A stretch of 64,000 bases of DNA from the human T2T-CHM13v2.0 reference genome, Homo sapiens: NCBI RefSeq assembly GCF_009914755.1, contig NC_060933.1; one strand, written 5' to 3'. Positions 46,241 through 64,000 of this stretch are shown one piece after another. How positions within the stretch are numbered: the stretch's first letter is position 1; every line of letters begins with the position of its first letter. The notes under the pieces were generated by a model, which saw nothing but the letters and a program-made list of their open reading frames with translations, was not told where the DNA came from and did not search any database. The translations under genes were made by a program, and so were the position numbers.

Positions 46241-48284
46241 TACATGGAAAAAGACTTTATTCCTTCACTTGTCCCTTGCTGTCTTTCTCTTGCATCATTG
46301 ATTCTTGCCTCTATACTTAATCAACATCCGAAGATACTTTAATAGTTCCCATCTTTATAAACAAAACAAAATCTTCCTTGATCTAGAGCAACTCTCTACT
46401 ACCACTGAATTTCTCTATGACGTTTTATAGAAAATTTCCCTGCAATAATTGTTCATTCTCCTGTCTCCAGTTTTTTTCCCTTTATACCAGTACCTTCAAG
46501 CTTTCATTACCAGCTTCACTCCATTCACCTAAAGGTCAACAATAATGTCCATGTTCTTAAATGTTATGATCAGCTCCAAAATCTCATTTTCTTTCGCCTT
46601 TAGTCTGCGTTTGGCAGAACCAATGACTCTTTCTTAAGGCATTTTCTGAATGTGTTGTCTGAGAAACCACACCCTCTTGGTTTTCCTGTTTTCTTACTGT
46701 TCTCTTAGCCTCCTCTGTTGGCTCCCCCTCCAACTGCACTCCGTATTTTATTCACCTTTGTATCACTATTTTGATGCCGGATTGTTCTATTGTTAACTTA
46801 GTTAAGTTAGTAGCCACATTTCTCTAGGACCCTCTTCCCACTATGGCTCCAGGTTAACGTTTTTCAAAAGAAGAACTTGTATGAGATTTGGGAGGTGGAA
46901 CTAATGCAAAATTATTTCTTTCTGAAGAACTTCAGGACAAAATATGGTGATGAAAAGATAAAGAAGTGCCTGTCAGGTTCCAGCTTGTTTTTGTTTTCTT
47001 CCACTCCAAGTCCAGTTCTTTCTCCTGACTTCTGGTTTTGTTAACCAGCAGTAGTCCCAGGAATACTGATAGATGCACAGAAGTGGTAGCTACATAGATA
47101 CAGCAACTGCTATGCTCTTTGCAAGCAATTTGTCACTGGGGGCCCCCACTTCAGTGATTGAATGAGCCTAGTTTCTAAGATTTCCTTGGAAGCTCTGACT
47201 TGTCCACCTATGCCAGTGCTTAAAAAAGACTGGTTATTGATGTCTTCAAATCTTCCGCTTCCTCCCCCAGGCCTTCCCTGCTCTGGCTTCTCCCACAATC
47301 ATGTAAATTCTATTATTTCCTATAATAAATGCTTAGTGTATATCATTTTAAATTGAATAGTCACTGAAACAATTATGGTACCACTAGAAGTGGTTCTAGA
47401 AGAATACATCATTAAGGATAACAATATAACATTCAGACTCTGATCTGCCTAGATTTAAAAGCACTGATTAATCTGTTGTCAGTGGTAAATGGGAGACTGG
47501 TAGTCTATGTCAAGCAATAGTTATTTTCTCACTTATAAAATGCATAGCTGAAATAGACAACTGGACAACTGATAGAATCCCCATATTGTTCCCTGGTCTA
47601 TGGAATGAGGCCATTTATGATAGGAAAGACCAAATGGAAACATGTAGAACTTCCTCATCCTCCCAAAAATTTGGTGTTAAGTAGTCAGAAGGTGATATGT
47701 AAATAGACCTCTCCAAAATCACTGAAGAGATAAATGCCATCATCTAGGACTTGAAAGAAGCAGGGTTGTTGATTCTTACCACATCCCTATACAGCTTGCC
47801 TCTTTTACTGTGTAGACAACAGGTGAATCTTTGTTATATACTCAATCAGGTGGTGGGGGACAGCATTTGTAGCCTATTACAGATATTGTTTCTCTACTGG
47901 ATCTAGTCAACACATCCCCTGGCACCTGGTATGCAGCTGGAGACCTGGCAAATGTTTTTATATCTGTTAGTAAAGACACCAAAACAAATTTGCTTTCAGT
48001 TGGCAGCTGGAAGTACATTGCCCTTCTCAGGAATTTATTAACTATTCACCCCTTTATTATAACCTTTTCCTTGGGAACCTACCTGCTTGCCCATTCCAAA
48101 GGACTTAGGGTGATTCATCATGTTAGTAACATAGCACTAAACAGGAAGTAGACACTCCTTGGGACATATGTGTGCCAGAATTTAGGAAATGTTTCTCATA
48201 AAAATGCAGTAGCATGCTGATATGGTGAAGCTTTTAGGCTTCCAGTGGCTTGGGGCATCTCAAGATATTTGCAATGAAAGGGAC

Positions 48285-49134
<850 letters not shown>

Positions 49135-50694
49135 GGGGCCATGGACACTCAGCATGGTACCAGGGGTTGCAGTTATAACACAGAGTTTAATGGGTGGCAG
49201 TGGGGGATGGGAGTTTACAATCAGAGAAGTAGTAGAGTTTACATAATCTCCCAAATTCTCATTACTCTATCACAGAATGGACATCGATGACCTATATGTA
49301 TCATGACCAAAAGTCCTACAGAGGCTTGCTTCATTCAGAAAGCTGGTTGTATAAAAAAAGCACTCCTATTCCCTTACCCAGTTATAAAGTTAGTGTAAAA
49401 GAAGGAGGAAGTGCTTGGTTTCCTGTAGTTAAAAAAATAAATAAAAATAAATAAATAAACTAAAACAGATCTCTGGGTCCAAGAACATGCTAGGCAAGAT
49501 GCATATCAGAGACAAAGGTCTGCATACCAAAGGCTCAGGGAACAAATTTGCCTGTTAGCAGTGCTGAAATCAGCAAAAGGGCCTATCTTTTGCAGGCTGG
49601 CTCCGTGCAGCTAAGGCAGCTCTCTGCTAAGTTTTCAAAAGGGGAAGGAGATGAGCCCCCAAGACTATTCAGATTTGTCTCCCATCAATATTTCTTCCAA
49701 GGAAAAGCAAAAGTTCCAGAATCAGTTCCTCCCCCTGTTTTAAAGTAGTACACTTTGTTGTTTATTTTGCATAGGTAAAATGGCCAGGTTTATAGATCTG
49801 CGTGATATATGGGTAGTGGCTAATGGTTTGAATGGAGTCAGAAACTTGGAAGGAACACAATGCAAAAATTTGATGATGAGTCAAGAAGTGGTATATGAAC
49901 AGACCTCTCCAAAATGGGCACAAAATGTAAAGATATTTGTGTGCTATATGACTGTTTCCCAAAGAGCACCCTCAGTTCCCTTTGAGGTGGATATTAATAA
50001 TTAGGTAGATAAGATAACTCAGGCTGTGGGTGTTAGCCTCTTTCCCCAGCCATACCCGTACTTGTCTTATTATCAAGGTGGCTGTGGTGGGAGGAATGGA
50101 GGTTATACATGGGTCAGTAACATGGACCTCCACTTTGCTTACTTCTTGTAGGCAAAGACCAATTAGGCATTAGTCACTAATGAGTGTCCAGTCTGCCAGC
50201 AGCAGAGAACATTAAACCATCAATATGTCACCACTCCCAAGCGATCGGAGAAGGTTAATTAAATTATACTACTTTTATCATGGAATAAATAGCTCTTTGT
50301 TCTCAGTGGAAAAGACACATATTTTGGGTATGAATTTGTCTTTGAAGATTCTGTCAAAACTATTCATAGATTTCCAAAATGTCCTATTTAGTGTTTCAGT
50401 TAAACGTTCGGTGTTAGTGTTGTCCATGAAAGTTATTTAACATGGAATTTACTAGTCATATTATGATGCTCACCCTGAATAACTTGACCTGATAGGATAG
50501 TAGAATATTTTTCTGAAGACTACGTTATGGTACCAAATGTACAGAACTATTTTGCAGGGCTGGAGTAAAACACTTCACGATGCAGTATATGCTTTGAATC
50601 AGTGACCAATACATGGTCCTTTTTCTCTCACAGACAAGCTTTATAGGTCCAGGAACCAGGGGTAGAAATGGGAATAGTTGCTCTCTGTTAGCCC

Positions 50695-51294
50695 TGTAAA
50701 CCAAAATAAATTCTAAGGCCCCTCAACTATCTGAATGTCCTTTCGGCCAAGGACATTCCAGAGTTAATGTAAAAAACTAGTTTAGGCCATGATGGAAGAG
50801 GGGATCAAACATGCCTCATTGTACCCCCCTCCCTTTTGGAATTCAAGAAAAGTTGACCAGCGTTTAACATCAAAATACACTTAAGTCTAATAAATATTCA
50901 GAGTCTATTCACTCTGAAGCCTGCTATATGGAGGCTTCATCTGTGTGATAAAATTTTGGTCTTTACAACTCCTTATTGTAACCCAGAAATTCCTTTCTAT
51001 AGATAATAACTCCCTCAACCAGTTGCCAGTCAGAAAATTTTTAAATTTACCTATGCCCAGGAAGCCCCCTGCTTCAAGTTGTTCCACCCTTCCAGATGGA
51101 ACCAATGTAAATCTTATGTGTATTGATTGACTTATTATGTGTCCCTAAAATGTATAAAAACAAGCTGCAGCCAGACCACCTTGGGCACATGTCGTCAGAA
51201 CCCCCTGAATCTGTGTCACAAATGCATCCTTAATGTTGACAAAATCAACTTTCTAAATTGACGGAGACCTGTCTCAGATAGTTTTGGGTTTATA
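50695..51294 (+). mobile_element. MER4A/B-like ERV1 solo LTR
   Basis: tgtaaaccaaaataaattctaaggccc ... gagacctgtctcagatagttttgggtttata. Confidence 0.85.
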
Positions 51295-52387
51295 CCCTTA
51301 ATAATCCTCTGGCAAAGTTTGTCCCCACCACTTTTAACGTACAGTTCTTACATGACAAAATAAGACATATCATAGGACACAACAGTGATTCACTAAACTG
51401 GAAGTTGACACTATTAACTGGCCATTATGGGCTCTTCATGCCAATGAACCAACAGGCAAAGAAAAGGGTCATTTTTATAGAAGAGGATTAATCCTATCAA
51501 GGGAAAATTGGATTGTTCCTACACAAGGGTAGGAAGGTGTATGTCTGGAAAACAGGAGATTTTTTGAGTGTCTCTTAGTATTTTCCCATGTCTTGTGTTA
51601 AAGGTAATGTGAAATTGTAACAATCTAAATAGGCATGATCACTAATGCCACAGGCCTAAAAGGAATAAATATTTAGGTCATACTGCCTTTGGTACAGTAG
51701 GTAGATAGCCAGGCACCAGCAGGGCAGGAGAGGGTCCCCTCAGCCTCACCAGGAATGTCAGTTGACATCAGGTGATGGTCAGGCAGTTGTCACACTGCCC
51801 CTCTAAAATAATAATTGGTTGCAGCCAGGGCCAGGAAAAGACAGTTTGCCAATGGATAAAAATACCTGTAGCTGGTGATCAGCAGCTTCCCAATAAGATC
51901 TCAGGAACTAAGTGAGTGGCCTTGAGCATGCAAATTAAGAGGCAAAATGGTGGAGTTTAACTGGTATATGACCTTCCCGGGGCATTTCACTGGAAAAGGG
52001 AAAAATGCCTCAGATAAGCATGTGTACAACATCAGTAAACACACTGTGCATGCTCACCTCCCAAGTGCTAGCAGGCCACCGTACACACAGGCAGTCCACC
52101 CTAAGGGAAGAATGAAGGGAAAGGGGACTCTTGATGCTGGAAGTAGGCCAGCATACAAAAACTGAAGTCCAAGATCAAATGGGGCACTTGATCTCCAAGA
52201 TGCCCACTTGGGCCTCTTCCAAGTATACTTTATTTTCTTTTCATTCCTGCTCTAAAGCTTTTTAATAAACTTCTTCTCCTGCTCTAAAACTTGCCTTGGT
52301 CTCTTCTGCCTTATGGCTCTCAAATTCTTTCTTCTGAGGAGGAAAGAATGGAGCTTGCTGCAGACCTGTGTGGATTTGCCACAGGTA

Positions 52388-53417
52388 TGTCGGTGAAAAG
52401 AGTCAAACTCTGTAAAATATTTGAAGAAATTTATTCTGAGCCAAATATGAGTAACCATGGTCCATGACACAGCCATCAGGAGGTCCTGAGAACATGCACC
52501 CAAGGTGGTCAGGGCACAACTTGGTTTTTACATTTTAGGGAGACATGAGACATTAATCAAACACATTTAAGAAATACATTGGTTTGGTCCAGAAAGGTGG
52601 GAAAACTCAAAGTGGAGGTTTCCAGGCTGTGGGTAAATGTAAACATTTTCTGACTGACAATTGGTTGAGTTTATGTAAAGACCTGGGATGATAGAAAGGA
52701 AATCTTCAGCTTAAGATAAAGATTGTGGAGACCAAGGTTCTTCTGAAGTTTTATAGTGGCTACCCTAAGAGACAATAGATGACAAATGCTAGACTTTTAA
52801 TCTCTTTAGGACTGGAAGGGCCTGGAAGAAAAAGATCTAGCTATGTTAACAGAGATTCTTTACAGATGCAAATTTTCCCCCACAGAGGACAGCTTTGCAG
52901 GGCCATTTCAAGATATGGCAAAGAAATATAATTTGGGGTAAATTTTTTTTTTGACATGGAATCTTGCTCTTGTCGCCCAGGCTGGAGTGCAATGGCACTT
53001 GGCTCACTGCAACCTCCACCTCCTGGGTTCAAGTGATCCTCCTGCCTCAGCCTCCCAAGGAGCTGGGATTACAGGCGCGTGCCACCATGCCCAGCTAATT
53101 TTTGTATTTTTAGTAGAGACGGGGTTTCACCATGTTGGCCAGGATGGTCTTGATCTCTTGACCTCATGATCTGCCTGCCTCAGCCTCCCAAAGTGCTGGG
53201 ATTATAGGCATGAAGCACTGTGCCCGGCCGGGATAAAATATTTTGACTTTCTTCTTTATCACATAATGTTATGCCAGAGTCAAACTGGAAAGTAAGTCAT
53301 GATATATATGGTTAAATTAAACCCATCTGATGAGAATTTATGGTTTGTAGGGCATGACTCTCCAGACCTTTCAGATAGGAATTTGGGCAAGATAAAAATA
53401 TCAGAGCTTAGTTCTCA
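52388..53417 (-). mobile_element. MER4E/E1-like solo LTR containing an Alu
   Basis: Reverse complement starts TGAGAACTAAGCTCTGAT..ATCTTGCCCAAATTCCTATC; 4-bp TSD ggta (52384-52387, 53418-53421). Confidence 0.85.
52943..53229 (-). mobile_element. AluS (Sc-like)
   Basis: Full dimer with poly(T). Confidence 0.92.
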
Positions 53418-53436
53418 GGTAACACCATCAAATCAG

Positions 53437-53948
53437 TGTGATGTTTTGTGTTTTGACTCGACTGGGCCATGGAGTGAAAAGATGTTTGGCCAAACACTAT
53501 TCTGGGTGTGTTCGTGAGGGTGTTTCTGGATGAGATTACCATTTGAATTGGTAGGCTGAGTGAAGTTGATTGCCTTTTCTAATGTCGGTGGGCATCATTC
53601 AATCAACTAAAGACCAGAATAGAACAAAAAGCCTATTTAAGAGGAAACTCCTGCCTGACTTCTTGAGCTGGACATTGGTCTTTTCCAGCCTTTAGACTTG
53701 GACTGAAACATTGGTTCTTCTTGGGTCTTGAGCATGTTATTGTTCAGCCTAGAACTTACAACATTTGCTCTCCTGGGTCTCCAGTGTGCCCACTGCAGAT
53801 TGTAAATTTTGTCAGCCTCCATAATCATATGAACCAATTCTGTATAATAAATCTCTGTCACACTCTTTCTCTCCCCCTACACAAAGACACACATGAGTAT
53901 ACACGTATGTGTGTATGTGTTTGTGTATATTTATATATATAGAGAGAG

Positions 53949-53992
<44 letters not shown>

Positions 53993-54022
53993 CGTTAGTT
54001 CTACTTTTTTGAAGAATACTCA
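53437..54022 (+). mobile_element. MLT2B-like LTR
   Basis: 'attctgggtgtgttcgtgagggtgtttctggatgagattaccatttgaattggtaggctgagt' typical of MLT2. Confidence 0.8.
53949..53992. repeat. (TATC)11 tetranucleotide STR
   Basis: Eleven perfect TATC units. Confidence 0.95.
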
Positions 54023-56780
54023 GAGTAAGAAACCATGACCAGTTAAGGTGCTTGCTGAAGGAAAATATAATAACTAATTAAACATTATTCTTTTACTTCA
54101 GAGCATCCTAGGAGAGGAAAAGCCTAACTTCTCATGACTTTTCTTTGTTCCACATTGCCCACCAATAACATTCAAGGCTGCCTTCTTAGTTAATAAATTT
54201 ATTTGTAAGGGACAGAATCCCACATGGAGAGGCCTAGGTGAAAAGGAATTTATTCCAGCAGTTTCCAATGGAAAACAATTATAAAAAGTATGGCTAGTCC
54301 TTGGGGGAACAGCAAAGCCACTTTGAATCATCTGTGCTTGGTTTGGGGTTAGATGGTTTCTTATCCTTTTTCATCTTCACACATCTGCTTTATCCTCTCT
54401 GCAACCAAGATTTTCTCCTTTTCTCAGGCTTTTCCATGATGCTATCACAGCTGACACAAAGGATTTCTTAGGATAAATGAACTTTTTGCTCATGCCTATG
54501 TGTCCCAAGTCCCAATTCTCAGAAAAGGGAATATTATTGGTTGGATCCATTAGCTGTGGTGTGGTTTGGGGTCACTTGATTCCCAGGACTTCCCAGTTTG
54601 GTGGTGTGAGTAGATCAGGGAATGTGAGTAGAAGTGAAATAGTGGTTATCTTTAACACCGTATTACTCTATTATGTTTTTTAAATCAATAATTGAATAGC
54701 TGGCCTGCCTCTCTATGGCCCAACGTTCAAGCTCTTCCTCCTTAGAGCACCTTCCAATATGGGCGTGTACCCAGCCTCATTTTCCCTTTATACCCTTAGT
54801 GGTCCCCCTCTTTTGGTGATGGGACTCCTTTACTCATCTACTTTGGGGGTTCATATTTAACAGAGCAGTTCCCTCATGGTGCTGTATTAAACATAGTCCT
54901 TGGCACAAGTGAGATGAGCCCAGTGCATGCAACAGAATAATGGTTGCAATGAGGAAATGGTGATGGTGGCACAGGTAGTGACAGACCAAGGCCAGCACTC
55001 AGAAGGTTAGCCAAGGAGCTACACCCCATCCCATCAAAGAAAGTTTTAGGGTACTGATGGGTGAGCACTTCAGAAAGAATGGCCCACTGATAGCAAAACT
55101 GAATGACCCTGATGCCATATTTATTATTATATAATTTTTATCCACAGATTCCAAGTGATTGTTTTTCTCTCCTAGGCTGCTCTTCCATATGTGTGTGTGT
55201 GTGAATATTCTTAATGTTAACAGCTGCTGAGTGTGTGTAGGCGGCATGCAGAGAAGGAGTCAGATGAGGCCAGCTTAGCTGGCAGTGCATCACCAGGGGG
55301 ATTCTGATGAAGCCAGAGCCCTACTGTATGTCATATTGGAATCAAACCTCCTATTGCTGAAAATCACAGTGTCTCTGATCTCAGAGTTATCAGATAAGCT
55401 GCCAGAGAGTAACATCTTAGATATTCATTTAATAGGAGGCAGGGACGTTGATAGCACTGTCTTGCTTTGAAAATTTCTACAAGAAGGCAGAGCTGAACAC
55501 ATGAATGACAAAACTATGGTAGGAGCACCAGAGAGTTAGAAGCTAAAAGTATGGTGGAAACAAAGGATGAGAGGCTCTTTGAAGTGTATTCTCTTTTAAG
55601 AGCATTAAACAAACACCTGGCAGGACTGCAGACCCCTAATTATTTTCTGGCTCTGTGCTCACAAACAAGTACCATGTGAAAAGCAAAGCATCTTCAGCAT
55701 GAGAAAACAGAAAAGAATGATTACAAGAAAGCACAGAAATATTCTAGAAATTATTCTGACTGCCACTTGCCCCAAGCACCAGGCACTGTGCTTGTTCTTG
55801 GGATACAAAGATGAATGATGTGAGGCCTGCCCTCCAGAAGCTATGACAATACTAATCATGACAGTATTCCATCCTTAGTCTCAACAGTTATGGTTTCCCT
55901 CTTCACTCCCACTGCCATCCTCCCAGGCCTGTTTCCATCATCTCATACATGAGTCACTGAAAAATCTTCAGGGGTCACCTTTCCATCCTTTACATTGAAT
56001 ACTGTGCTACTGTTATCTCTTCCCATATTGGTCACGTTATTCTTCGGCTCAAGAACCACCACAGATCTTCCTACTACATACTGGATAAAATCTGAATACT
56101 TTAGCCTTATGTTCAAGACCCTGCTTAATAGAGCGTTTCCCAACACATCCACATAAACAGCCTCACCTTCTTTCCATACCAACCTCCTGCTTCACTGAGG
56201 GGACTCTTTTATTGTCCTACCCGAATAATGCTGTTACCATTAAAAGTAGGACATTGACATCCATATCTTCAAATACTGAAGAATTTTTCTCTGGCCTTTC
56301 TTTGACTGAATTCCCTTTTTACTCTCCTATTCTCCTTGGCTTGTGAAATGTATGTTTGTAGTAATAAAGACACCTGAATGGCAGGATATTTAATTACTGG
56401 AATCAATGTTGGCCAATTTTAATATGACCTAAATGTGTTGATATGTTGTACAGGCAAACACTGTCTCAAAAACATATTGCTTCTATTTCTATGTGCACTT
56501 TCTAACTTCTATGCCTTTATATATAATATTACATTTGCTTAAAAATATTCCTGACATCTCTTTGGCCTATTCATCCCAATTCCACCAACTGACAATTGTA
56601 TTCAGTCAATTGGCTAATATGTATTTGTAACCTGTGCCTACTTAGGTCACATTTGCCTAGAATTTGAAATTAGATCAAACTGACATTAAACATGTGTGTT
56701 TTCATGGTGTCTTGTATCACCAGTTAATGCAGGACTTTCAGGTCCGTAGACAACCCCCTTTTTTTCTTTCAAAGGGGCCT

Positions 56781-57224
56781 TGTCTTTGTTTGGACTGCTA
56801 TAACAAAACGCTATCAACTAGATAGCTTATAAACAACAAAAATTAGGTTGGTGCAAATGTAATTGCAGTTTTCGACATTACTTTTAATGGCAAAAACCAC
56901 AGTAACTTTTGCACCAACCTAACACTTCTGAACTGTGGTTCTAGAGCCTGGGAAGTCCAAGATCAAGGAGCAAGAAGATTCTGTGTCTGGTAAGAACCTG
57001 ATTATGGCTTATGGATGGTACCTTCTCACTGTGTTCTCACATGGTGGAAGAGGCTAAGTAGTCCTCTAGGGTATCTTTTATAAGGGCTCTAAAATCCCAT
57101 TCATGAGGGCTCTATCCTCATGACCTAATCACCTCCCAAAGGTTCTTATTTCCTATTACCATTGTATTTATGATTAGGTTTCAACATACGATTTTAAGGG
57201 GGACACAAACATTTAGGCCACAGA
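56781..57224 (-). mobile_element. MLT1A0/MST-type MaLR LTR
   Basis: 'ctgctataacaaaa..ttataaacaac..gggaagtccaagatcaagg..catgacctaatcacctcccaaagg'. Confidence 0.8.
56843..56922. mobile_element. MADE1 (Hsmar1-derived MITE), 80-bp palindrome
   Basis: ttaggttggtgcaaa ... tttgcaccaacctaa inverted repeats, exactly 80 bp. Confidence 0.95.
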
Positions 57225-58587
57225 AGTTCTCACTAATGTTCTCAAAAACAACTTTTGTCAGTTATAATTCCCCTTTCCTGGTTCTGGACCCACTTTGCTA
57301 GATGCTGCCATTTCCTCCTGGCACTGCCCACCTCCCCTGAAAACTGCTGCTCTAAACAGGCATTGCTGCCTAAAGTTGGAACGTTGCTGCTTCCTTCAGG
57401 TTCTCCTGCTGACTCTGATCAGCATTGCCCTCCTTTTCTGGGCTCTACCCCCCTTGCCACTGTCGTTGCTCTGGAGATCTGGATGTGCCAGAGCCACAAG
57501 TTGTCTTTTGGCACAGACGTAGAAAATGCCTCAGTCACTTGCCATGTTGTTATCTTCTCTTAGGATAATACCAAAGCAATGTGGCTTTTATTCCAAAGTC
57601 TTTCTGGTTGAACTAATTGCATAAACTGCCAGCCAAGTCAACCATACCTCAGGAGTCTGGATGCAGGGTAAATTTGGGTAAATAATCACACCATAACATG
57701 AAACAAGTCCTGCCTGTCTTCTAAGGAAGTTCTCAAATTCTTCATGAGAACGGTATCTCAGTGGCCTGCTCCACCAGTTCACCCCCATTAACCAGAGAGA
57801 TCACAGTGCTATTTGGGGAACATCATACGCTAAAACATGAACCAAGTCATACATTTATTTAATGGCTTCGATCACTGAGTAGCTATGTGACTTCAGTCAC
57901 AGCACTTGATCTCCCTGGGTCTAAATTTGATCACTGAGATGACATCTAAAGTCTTTTTGAGTGCTAAAATTCTATGCTTTAAACATTTGGCTGGTTTTCA
58001 CTTCTGGGTGTGATGGGTGTGATGGACTAAAACCCTATGAAATGATTGCTTCATGCAGAAAACACTTACACAACTTGGTCATAAAAAGTGCCTACATGAA
58101 GTCACTATGTGAAGAATGAACAGAAGCAGACAGACTTTCATAGGGAGTGTACACTGTCTTGGAGAAAGAGAGATGGAGTCCTATACAGTTGTCCCATCTC
58201 CATTGCATTTAGACTACAGCTAAGTGTCACATTTGTGAGGCACAAAACTAGTAGGATACAAGTGGGAAAATCCGCCATCTTTCAAGTGTGAAGTACAAGA
58301 AAAGCAAAGCTGTGGAGATGAATGCTGAGGAGAGTGGGAGCAGGAAAGAGACAGCGAAGTCATTCTTACATTCTATTTACTCGTGTCTTTGACCTTAAAC
58401 TACACATGTATGGAATAGACTAAGAAGTTTAGCCAAAAACAAGAAAAATCTGAACTGAGACCAAGGCTGAAACTCTGAAGGTACTGAAGAGAGAACGGAA
58501 GCAGACAGGCCCTGGTGGAAATTGTAAACTGATGTAGGGGAGAGAAGGTAGAAACTGGACATGTAGGTTCCATCTCTGCAGCCCTTA

Positions 58588-58935
<348 letters not shown>

Positions 58936-59139
58936 AGAAAACACAAACAAACATAGGATAACCTGCAACCTTGTGGCCTGGGAATGCTAAAAAGAGAAGC
59001 CAAGAAGCCACGAATGATTAAGAGATTTGGGGTATACCACAAAGCAAAGAGCCAGAGAAGGGATCCCCAAAGTCTGTTTACTCACATCTTTACTTGAACC
59101 TTCAACTACTTATGTGTAAAACAGATTCAAAGCAGCCCA

Positions 59140-64000
<4,861 letters not shown>

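Larger units (their letters stand above)
51690..53424 (+). mobile_element. MER50 solo LTR (51690-52387 plus terminal 53418-53424), split by MER4E
   Basis: Start tggtacagtaggtag..agcagggcaggagagg; end ..ggtaaca; TSD cctt/ccat. Confidence 0.85.

Overview
This is primate (human-like), gene-poor, repeat-dense DNA with no intact protein-coding gene that I can support. Most ORFs in the track are L1, Alu or LTR debris. The main unexplained signal is at about 4990-10170 on the minus strand: a decayed, apparently intronless reading frame whose pieces align in order with cohesin SA/STAG (Scc3) proteins, closest to STAG3. It is split by an L1PA (6962-9982) and a hAT-Charlie element (5097-5400). The alignment is by eye against recalled STAG sequences and needs tBLASTn/HMMER confirmation. 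Other notable items are a tailless BC200 (BCYRN1) retrocopy that keeps part of the unique 3' domain, and a PPIA processed pseudogene with a perfect 15-bp target-site duplication (TSD). There is also a 9-kb nest (MIR > L1MB > THE1, a twin-primed L1PA carrying a trimeric Alu, and the PPIA copy), a decayed ERVL provirus invaded by several solo LTRs, a MADE1 hairpin, a strong CTCF core motif, and a near-full-length L1PA running off the right edge. Repeat subfamily names are from recall of consensus sequences, not from a RepeatMasker run.
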